A stretch of 63,848 nucleotides of DNA, counting the filler, from Reclinomonas americana ATCC 50394 (lineage: Eukaryota), in assembly GCA_048213135.1 (NCBI GenBank). It is 5 parts of 3 records of this genome, joined end to end, with 100 filler letters (N's around TTAATTAATTAA, not from the genome) between each part and the next. Parts side by side here need not be neighbours in the genome. Positions count along the whole stretch, not along the records: positions 52,240 to 59,908 come from PS015122.1; positions 60,009 to 63,848 come from PS015123.1; 3 more parts are not named here. The stretch is one strand, 5' to 3'. A program made the translations under genes and the position numbers. The notes beneath the pieces are model-generated. The model ran no database searches and was not told where the DNA came from. It saw nothing but the letters and a program-made list of their open reading frames with translations. Shown here piece by piece: positions 55,601-63,848 of the stretch (the stretch's first letter is position 1; each line of letters begins with the position of its first letter).

Positions 55601-56718
55601 GTGAGAGAGACAACAACAGCACGATACCGTCGTTGCGAGGGCGCGCACTGATAACCATGGTACCACTGCCGTCTCTCGCACAGTGTGGAAAGAGTGGACG
55701 AGACCGGATGGCCGACAGCAGCAAGAATGGAAGGCGGTGGAAAAGAGGTATGCAAGGGTTCTCCCCCCCATGGCTGGGCGGCCCTCGCCACCTCACATTG
55801 CTTGAATCGATGCAGATGTGCCGATGCCGTGCACGTGTTTGACAAACCAGTCAATGAGCTGTGCTCGGAGGTGGAAAGCGAGCGGCTGGATGTGGTCAGC
55901 AGGTTAGCCGAGGCCGCCACGGAACGTCTGGAATTGGAGCAGGAGTGTGCCGAGCTGCGTGCACGCCTCGCTCGCCAAGAGGCTCGGCTGCAAGCTGTGC
56001 AAGTGTCGGAAGAGGTCCGTTGCTGACTCTTTTCGTCATTCTGTCTTTCTCTCTCACACACACTCTCATGCGTGTGGTGCCAGACCTTGCGCTCGCTGGC
56101 CGGCTCTAGCGTTCTTCGTGCGGAAATGACTCCGTCCCTGTCCGCTGAAGACGTGGAGCAACGGCGGCTTCTCGTTGATCGACTGAGTCGCGTGCCAGCA
56201 TCCTTTCAAGGCGCCGTGCAGCGAGTTGCGTGGACTTGCCCCTGTTGCTTCTCACTGAAACAAGGAACTGACCCTGTAGGGGGAGTACAGATGGTTGTCG
56301 GACCGGCGAATGAGTGGCTCGACGAGTGGCGCGATACACCGCGGCCGGAGATGATGTCGCAGCTGTGGAATCACTTGGACGCGCTTGTGGGCGAAGCCGG
56401 CGCTCTTCACGTGCAGCTGACACGCCAGACGACGATTGCCGCAACTAGCGATCTCGACGACGCCGGAAAACTCGTCTTGCAGCAGCGATTACGGAGTGTT
56501 GAGTGCTCTCTCTCCAGCTCCTTTCATTCGATTACTCCTCCCTTCTCATCGATCCTCGGTCGCAGATTGCCAGTCGGCTAAATCGCCTGCACACACACGT
56601 GTATCAGGTGGGCCGACTGCTGGGCGAAGACGACGACTCCGTGGCCGAAATGCTCTCCATGCGACGCCGATCCGCAGTGGCCGACGCCAATGGCAGATTA
56701 CCCGGCGGCAATCCGTGA
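52684..56718 (+). CDS. Kelch-repeat protein with FN3-like segments and C-terminal coiled coil (5' end missing)
   Basis: GELPSPRYGHTAV..VLVWGG, GELPPERAYHVAV, PTARDGHSLT..AVLFGG; later FRLENLVPAQNY.TRV; coiled coil ERLELEQECAELRARL. Confidence 0.85.
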
Positions 56719-56745
56719 AAATCGCGCAGCAATGAAAAATCGTGG

Positions 56746-59700
56746 TCATTCGCCAATCTTGTCGAGGCGCAACACGACAGCCGGTGATACACCATGCGAG
56801 CCGTCCCATGTGCACCGGCGAAAGTTGGGCAGCGCCGATCCAATGATGCGTTCCAGAAGACCATCGGAGCTGCATGACGTTGGTGAGGCACAGCGCAATT
56901 GTCTCACATGCACGAAGATATTGTTTCGCAACCTTTCCACTGGGCACGCCTCGCCGCTGCGACCAAACACAATCGGATCCTTCACAACAGTCGGCTTGAA
57001 CATGACCGGCTGTTTGCGCAACGGGCGACTGGCACGGCCCTCCTCCGCTTCGGCCGGAGCCGCCGGCGCCATCTCTTGCTCGCGCGCGTGCTGCAACTGC
57101 ACCTCGGCCACCACGGCAGCCGCCTCCAGTGACCACATGCGCAGAGAGCTGTCGGTACCGCCACACAACACAGAGCGACCGTCTGGCGTGACAGCGAGCG
57201 CCGAGACGCGGCCAAATGTCGACACGTCAAAGTGGCACACCTCCATGTCGGTCTGCAGACTCCACACACTCAGCGACTGCGAATCACCGCCGACCACCAC
57301 GAATCGTCCGTCAGGCGGCGTGATGGCCAAGGCACGCACACGCATGGTCGGCGGCAGCATAAGGCACTTGACCTCCCGACCGGACTCCAGATGCCACACA
57401 CGGAGGGTCTTGTCCCCGCCGCCACTGACTGCGTGCACACCGTCGGGCGTGCAAACCACGGCCCCGACCCACTCGGTGTGACCTGTCAGCACCTTGCTGC
57501 TCGTCACAGATGGCTTGTCCACGCAAAAGTCCCACACACGCACGGTGCGGTCCCAACTGCAGCTCACAATGCACGAGTTCTTCGGGCCGACAGCTACGCC
57601 GCTCACGGAGAGCGAGTGGCTCGTCATGGTGGACACCAGGGCTCCCGCTTCATGCAAATCCCACAGTCGAACGGTGCAGTCGGCGGCGCCAGTCACCGCG
57701 TAGCGCCCGTCGGCACTCACCACGACCGTCGTCACGTCGTTCTCGTGTCCACTCAACTCGCACTCGGCTGCGCCCCGTGCCACATTCCACACGTCCACTT
57801 GCCGATGCTTGCTGACGCTCAGAAGGCGCTGGCCATCGGGCGTCACGGCTAGCGCTCGAACAGGGCGAGTTCCGGTCGAGAGGTGCGCGACTGCACGACG
57901 CGTGCTCAACGACCACGCAATCAGCAGGCCGTCATCGCCGCCACTGACTGCATGCAGTCCGTCAGGCATGGCCACCGTCGCTCGCACCGCCTTGCGATGC
58001 CCGACCAGCCTCTTGGTGGACAGTGTGGTTGTCTCGACAAACAGTGGAGGAAGATGCAAAGCAGAAGCCGCCGCATCAAACGCAGCAGTCGACGCACTAC
58101 CAGCTGCTGCTGACCCACTGTCGTGTCTTTCGCGAGTTGCGGGCGGAGAAGCGCAGTCGTCTGCTGGCGCAGGCAAGATCCACACGCGAAGTGTGCGGTC
58201 GTTGCCACCGCTGATGGCGCGGAGGCCATCGCTCGTCACCGCCACCGAATACACAGCTCCGGTGTGTCCCGACAGTCGCGAGACCACCTCGGCTTCGCAT
58301 TCTGCGACCGGCTCGCCACTGTCGGTGATCGCCGACGAAAACGAGAGGCGCCACAGCAACAGAGTGTCGTCGTCGCCAGCCGTGAGGAAGCGTCGCGAGT
58401 CGGGAGTGAGGCACACACAGTTGACGCCGTTGGTGTGGAGAGCACGCACGCAATGCACCTGTTGTCCGTGGGCGAGAGACCACACTCGCACGGTGCAGTC
58501 TTTGGCGCCGCTGAGGAGGTGCTGCCCGTCGGACGTCACCACCAGGCTCATCACGTTGCCGGTGTGGCCCTCCAGCACCCACAACGGTTGCACGGCAGCG
58601 TCACCAGAGTCCACGGCCGCGTCTTCAGATTCGTCGACATGTCGGAGAACATGCTCTTGAGCAGCCTGTGTGGGCCACGCCCGGATAAGCTTGTCGTCGC
58701 CGGCCGAAAGCAGCAGCTTGCCGTCGGGAGTGGCCACCAGGGTTTCGACGCGGCCTTCGTGACTGCGCATACAACAGTGCCGTACGGCCTCCGGCTGCGG
58801 GACGTCCTCCAGCTGCCCGAACGACAACGAGGAGCGCACGTGACCCAAGTGAGCCGACGGCATGGCCCACATGCGAACAGTGCCATCGGCTGCGGCACTG
58901 GCCACAAAGCGGTCACCGTCCAGCAAACACAGCGCCGTGACGGGTTGCCGATGGCCGGAGAACACACGAACGGGGCGCGACGACAAGTGTGACCACAGCA
59001 CCAGGTAGTTGTCCCAGCCGCCACTGACAAGCAGCCGATTGTCCGCCGTGGCCACAAGCGCCTTGATGCCGTCGACGGCGGTCGCATGCATGCGGAAGAC
59101 CTTGACTTCCTCGCCCGACGGCAGGTACCACACGCGCATAGTGGCGTCGTTGGAGCAGGTGGCGAGGAAACGGCCCGGTAACGTGATAATTCCGTTGACG
59201 TTGCGCTCGTGGCCCTCCAGGCGGCGGACCTCTTCGCCGGTGGCAAGCACCCACACTCGAGCCGTTCGGTCCTTGCTGCCACTGACAATGTGCAGACTAT
59301 CGGGCGTGATGGTGACGGCTTGCACCTCATCCGTGTGACCCTCGAAACGATGCACGACTTCGCCCGTGGCCAGTGACCAGACCCACACCGTGCGGTCGTT
59401 GCCGCCACACACCACATGCCGCCCATCCGGTGTCACCGACACGGAGCGCACGGCATGTCTCTCGCCCTTGAGCTCAATGTGCGACAAGCCATCGGCGATC
59501 GAGTACACGTACACCAAACGATTGCCGCCGCCAAACACCACGTTCCGGCAGTCGGGGGTAAAGGCCACCGACAGCACGAAGCGCTTGTCAGCAGTGGGAA
59601 TTCGGCGCACCACCTCTCCGGTCTCCACTGACCAGATGCACACATGACCGTCACTGCCGCCCGAGACCAAATGCTGCACGTCTGGCGAGAATGCTGCGCT

Positions 59701-59898
59701 CGTGACGATGCTATTATGCGCCACTGCCTGCCATCGAAGGGCTCCATCGAGAAGCTGCCACACGCGAAGCGTCGAATCTCCCGCACCACCACTTGCCACC
59801 AGCAGTCCGTCGGCACTCACGGCCACCGCACAAACGCTACACTGCGGGTGCGCCTGCAACACATGGAGCGTCTCGTACGGCGCCACCGTACACCACAC
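56746..59898 (-). CDS. WD40-repeat protein (multiple beta-propellers)
   Basis: About 18 repeats of GHTxxVxxVxxTPDGxxxxSGSxDxTVRVW in one 1050-aa ORF. Confidence 0.93.
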   Translation of the reverse strand: MWCTVAPYETLHVLQAHPQCSVCAVAVSADGLLVASGGAGDSTLRVWQLLDGALRWQAVAHNSIVTSAAFSPDVQHLVSGGSDGHVCIWSVETGEVVRRIPTADKRFVLSVAFTPDCRNVVFGGGNRLVYVYSIADGLSHIELKGERHAVRSVSVTPDGRHVVCGGNDRTVWVWSLATGEVVHRFEGHTDEVQAVTITPDSLHIVSGSKDRTARVWVLATGEEVRRLEGHERNVNGIITLPGRFLATCSNDATMRVWYLPSGEEVKVFRMHATAVDGIKALVATADNRLLVSGGWDNYLVLWSHLSSRPVRVFSGHRQPVTALCLLDGDRFVASAAADGTVRMWAMPSAHLGHVRSSLSFGQLEDVPQPEAVRHCCMRSHEGRVETLVATPDGKLLLSAGDDKLIRAWPTQAAQEHVLRHVDESEDAAVDSGDAAVQPLWVLEGHTGNVMSLVVTSDGQHLLSGAKDCTVRVWSLAHGQQVHCVRALHTNGVNCVCLTPDSRRFLTAGDDDTLLLWRLSFSSAITDSGEPVAECEAEVVSRLSGHTGAVYSVAVTSDGLRAISGGNDRTLRVWILPAPADDCASPPATRERHDSGSAAAGSASTAAFDAAASALHLPPLFVETTTLSTKRLVGHRKAVRATVAMPDGLHAVSGGDDGLLIAWSLSTRRAVAHLSTGTRPVRALAVTPDGQRLLSVSKHRQVDVWNVARGAAECELSGHENDVTTVVVSADGRYAVTGAADCTVRLWDLHEAGALVSTMTSHSLSVSGVAVGPKNSCIVSCSWDRTVRVWDFCVDKPSVTSSKVLTGHTEWVGAVVCTPDGVHAVSGGGDKTLRVWHLESGREVKCLMLPPTMRVRALAITPPDGRFVVVGGDSQSLSVWSLQTDMEVCHFDVSTFGRVSALAVTPDGRSVLCGGTDSSLRMWSLEAAAVVAEVQLQHAREQEMAPAAPAEAEEGRASRPLRKQPVMFKPTVVKDPIVFGRSGEACPVERLRNNIFVHVRQLRCASPTSCSSDGLLERIIGSALPNFRRCTWDGSHGVSPAVVLRLDKIGE

Positions 59899-59952
59899 AC
59901 GAACAGTGNNNNNNNNNNNNNNNNNNNNNNNNNNNNNNNNNNNNNNNNNNNN

Positions 59953-59964
59953 TTAATTAATTAA
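59953..59964. other. Artificial scaffold linker TTAATTAATTAA
   Basis: All-frame stop linker flanked by Ns. Confidence 0.95.
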
Positions 59965-60029
59965 NNNNNNNNNNNNNNNNNNNNNNNNNNNNNNNNNNNN
60001 NNNNNNNNCACTACTCTCACACACACACA

Positions 60030-60070
<41 letters not shown>

Positions 60071-60528
60071 CACTCTCTCTCTCTCTCTCTCTCTCCCACT
60101 CTGCGCCATCTCGTTGCTTAGCTAACACAGCAGTAGGACGTCGGCCTTCAAAACCACACACATAATCGAAGCCACGCCACTCACACCAACGCATACAGCG
60201 TGGGATGCTGGCTGCAGCCCGGCGAGGAAATCACGACATCTCAGAGCAAGGCGGGAGAAGAAAGGCGGGAAACAACTGAGCGAGCAACTCACACACGCGC
60301 ACAGGCACGAGAACAAACGGACTCTTCGTGACCGCCACAGCAGAGTACCGACCAGGCGGCTTGGTCTTCGAAGAAGAAGTCAACAGAAGCGGACCAACAA
60401 GAGAGAGGACACAAGAGTCATCTTATCCTTCCTCTTTTCAAATGGCAACCAAGGTGCACACACACACACACACGCGTGAGGAATTCGTGTGTGTGTGTGT
60501 GCTGCTCTCTCTTTGTGTCCTTCTCAGC

Positions 60529-60765
60529 ATGATTGGTCGACAACAGGTCTTGCAGGGTCATCAACGGACGGTAAAAAGTGTCGCCATCACTCCCGATGGT
60601 CAGTGGATTGTGAGTGGGGGCTATGACAGCACAGTGCGGGTGTGGTCACTGGCGAGTGGGGAACAGGTGCGACGGTTGGAGGGACATACAAGCGTGGTGT
60701 GGTCTCTCGGGCTTACTCCCGATGGTCAGCGCGTTGTCAGTGCGAGTGCAGACCACACCATGCGA
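60529..60765 (+). CDS. WD40-repeat protein, N-terminal fragment
   Basis: LQGHQRTVKSVAITPDGQWIVSGGYDSTVRVW, LEGHTSVVWSL..TPDG. Confidence 0.88.
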
Positions 60766-61346
60766 NNNNNNNNNNNNNNNNNNNNNNNNNNNNNNNNNNN
60801 NNNNNNNNNNNNNNNNNNNNNNNNNNNNNNNNNNNNNNNNNNNNNNNNNNNNNNNNNNNNNNNNNNNNNNNNNNNNNNNNNNNNNNNNNNNNNNNNNNNN
60901 NNNNNNNNNNNNNNNNNNNNNNNNNNNNNNNNNNNNNNNNNNNNNNNNNNNNNNNNNNNNNNNNNNNNNNNNNNNNNNNNNNNNNNNNNNNNNNNNNNNN
61001 NNNNNNNNNNNNNNNNNNNNNNNNNNNNNNNNNNNNNNNNNNNNNNNNNNNNNNNNNNNNNNNNNNNNNNNNNNNNNNNNNNNNNNNNNNNNNNNNNNNN
61101 NNNNNNNNNNNNNNNNNNNNNNNNNNNNNNNNNNNNNNNNNNNNNNNNNNNNNNNNNNNNNNNNNNNNNNNNNNNNNNNNNNNNNNNNNNNNNNNNNNNN
61201 NNNNNNNNNNNNNNNNNNNNNNNNNNNNNNNNNNNNNNNNNNNNNNNNNNNNNNNNNNNNNNNNNNNNNNNNNNNNNNNNNNNNNNNNNNNNNNNNNNNN
61301 NNNNNNNNNNNNNNNNNNNNNNNNNNNNNNNNNNNNNNNNNNNNNN

Positions 61347-61489
<143 letters not shown>

Positions 61490-62270
61490 GTGTTGTGTCT
61501 GTGAGAGAGTGTTGGCTGAATGACTAACACGACATTCATCTGTCTCCACTCTCTTCCTCGCGTCGCCTCTCCTCTCCGCCGCGTACCCTTCCTGCACTCT
61601 CCGGCTGCCTCTTCTCTTCATCTCATCATTCTCACTTGCTCTCTCTCTCTCTCTCTCACTCACTGGCAATCTCCTCTCTCTTCCTCCAGTCTCCTGAGTC
61701 TCCCCGCAGAGCCAGTCTTCTGCTGTGTGGTTGCCTCCTCCATGCCGCCTTGTTGGTGTCCAGTGTTCTGTACCTATTCATCTCCCACACCGGTTGTCTC
61801 ACGCACTCAACGGAGGCATTGGTTGACTTCCACGTGAGTGCATCGCATGCCTGACGAGTGAGCGAGAGAAAAGGAGAGGGCAATGGGAAGGGAGTATGTG
61901 ATGCACCCTCCTGAGCGCAATGAAGTGTGAGATGGCACTGTTCTTCATCCTCGTACCTCCTGTTCTCATTCCCGTGTTCATTTATGCATGGCAAGATGTG
62001 AAAGAATGCAAGGTGGGGGAGTGTCGCACATTGATCGCGAGTGGAGCAGATATCTAGATCTGGGAAGGGCGGGGAGGAGGGGAGTGCTTGTCAGTGCAGC
62101 GTTGACAATGTAACAGGATGGGAAGAAACCTGCACAGAGAGAGAGAGTGAACAGTCGTGATCCCACTCGCGATGCTCGATCACCTCAAGTTAGAAAACGC
62201 CATTGTGCGTGAGAGAGTGAGCAGCAGCGACGCGTTTGTGTGCAGATATCGATAACAGCGGTAACGGTGA

Positions 62271-62534
62271 GTGTACAGCGCCGCAGAACTGTGCAAGGAG
62301 GTGGCTTCGTTGGTGACTGGGATGCGTTGCGCAGCTCGTGCGGAGGCACACGATGGTGGCGTCAGTGCGAATGAGGAAATTAGGAAAGTATGTGATGGGG
62401 ACGTGCGTGTATTGATAGCAGGAGAGCCGCATCCAGAGGTGGAGTGCGAGCAGGAGGTGTTTGCCATGCTGGCCGAAAGGCCCGATCTTCGGCTGCAGAT
62501 GACCGACGGGGGCACTCCGAGTGTCGACGAGTGA
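62271..62534 (+). CDS. Possible terminal coding exon of an unknown gene
   Basis: Coding-like composition (AELCKEVASLV...EQEVFAMLAERPDLRLQM) after a TACAG acceptor; no family recognised. Confidence 0.3.
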   Translation: MYSAAELCKEVASLVTGMRCAARAEAHDGGVSANEEIRKVCDGDVRVLIAGEPHPEVECEQEVFAMLAERPDLRLQMTDGGTPSVDE

Positions 62535-63216
62535 CGTCAATACAGATGACGTCAGTCTGCGAACAGGCAATGGAAGACTCCGGGAACCGCATGACCGGTT
62601 AGTCACTGTATGGCTGCGGCGTCTGCGGTCAAGCTGAACATGAATTACATTCTCACGATTGGCGTGTCGGAAATACATTGACAGGATCAAATATCCGCGC
62701 CGGAGCGAGCCGGTGCACCTTGCATTCTTTCAGCTCGCCACGGAGCCGAACTCGCGTCCCCCACCGTCGACTGATTGACCTGCATCACTCCTACCTCCTC
62801 CTCTCCCGCTGCGGTGAGTGGCAGTGGTCACGTTTTCGCACACATGCGAGTCACTTGCATTGGAGACAGAATTGTCGTGAAATGTTACTCTGTCGCACTC
62901 TTTCAAACTCTCACTCTCGCACCTATCACCGTTCTCGTAGCGTGTTGCGAACTTCGCTGCGGTGAACACACGACTGCACACGTTGCGGTGGTTTCGTGGA
63001 GTGATTTGTAACATGTATCGGGTTCGAAGAAAGTGGGTTCGAAAACTCGCTTCTGTCGCCTTTCATTCTTCCGTCACTTTCTCTAAAATCGACACCTCAC
63101 ACAGTGCACGCTGCAGTGCGACCACCTGCACTCACTCATGTTGCTCCGCGTTGTCACACAGAGCCCGACGACCAATTTCGTCAACAACACACCGCGCACA
63201 TATATCGACGAGTTTT

Positions 63217-63848
63217 ATGAATCTCGCGTCAGGAAAGCACGCCAGTCAATCATCGCCGCGAGTGATCGTGACTGTGCTACTGCTTGTAATCACTTGCCTT
63301 GCGTGCACCGGTGAGGAGCATCGTGCGTGTTGCAAGTTTTGCGGTGTTTTCGCACTGGCTAAAGTCGTCCACACGATGACTCAGCGGCGGCGTCTCAGAC
63401 TGTGTCCTCGACGACTGTGTCGAGTGTCACGCACCAGGGTGTCAAGCTCAGCGCTACCATCGACCCCCAGGATGCCGCCGGCACATTGTCGGCGTACTTT
63501 GAGGTGTTGCCGACCTCCAATGCATCGGATCTCGACACTGTCAAGACGACAAGCACTATCGAGAATCGCGTTGTGTTGAATATTGATGTTGCGTTATGAA
63601 AGGTCGCTCCATTTCCTGCGACAAGGCTTGCTTTGCGGTTTCACAAGCACCGCACCTCGTCTATAGGGCTGGGATATGGACTGGAGCAGCAACATCTATC
63701 TCGGGTGCGCAATCGCAGCGATGCACGACGCCAATATAGTGGATCACTTCCGAGCACAGCAGCTTATTCTGCGTGTGATGTGTGTATGCATACAGATACG
63801 GTGGTGGCGAAGTTCTGGCGAGAGTGAACGTGACTGGCGACGTGGAGA
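63217..63848 (+). CDS. Secreted/surface protein (signal peptide, beta-rich), runs off window
   Basis: MNLASG...VIVTVLLLVITCLACT + spliced AAASQTVSSTTVSSVTHQGVKLSATI...NID|GWDMDWSSNIYLG|YGGGEVLARVNV. Confidence 0.6.

Noticed and set aside
29531-59964. Recurring TTAATTAATTAA 12-mer
   Set aside because: Always embedded in N-runs; an artificial scaffold linker, so gene adjacency across it is meaningless

Overview
Gene-dense, GC-rich draft genome of an intron-rich, flagellated eukaryote (a protist; I cannot name the taxon). It uses the standard genetic code. The window is an artificial concatenation of at least five scaffolds, joined by TTAATTAATTAA linkers inside N-runs at 29531, 43327, 52184 and 59953. 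I reconstructed spliced gene models by hand: a heme peroxidase tail, a MORN-repeat pseudokinase, an LRR/coiled-coil protein, an orphan multi-pass membrane protein, a tiny Dad4-like (DASH/Dam1) gene, importin-5, an LCAT/PLA2G15-like lipase, an EB1-C-terminal-domain protein, ARMC8, ATG1/ULK (second half on an inverted contig), DNAJC11, a large RasGAP-like protein, a divergent glutamate dehydrogenase, an ankyrin protein, a DNAH6-like dynein heavy chain, a kelch protein, WD40 proteins and a secreted protein. Main finding: the short (mostly 55-110 nt) GT-AG introns use two registers of 5' splice site. One is normal (GTGCGT/GTGAGT/GTTCGT). The other is a frequent +1-shifted form with an extra T (GTTGCGT/GTTTCGT/GTTGAGT/GTTACGT). 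The shifted form is used mostly when the last exon base is not G, which suggests a lineage-specific, systematic 5'-splice-site recognition mode. All splice sites are inferred from frame and homology, not from transcripts.
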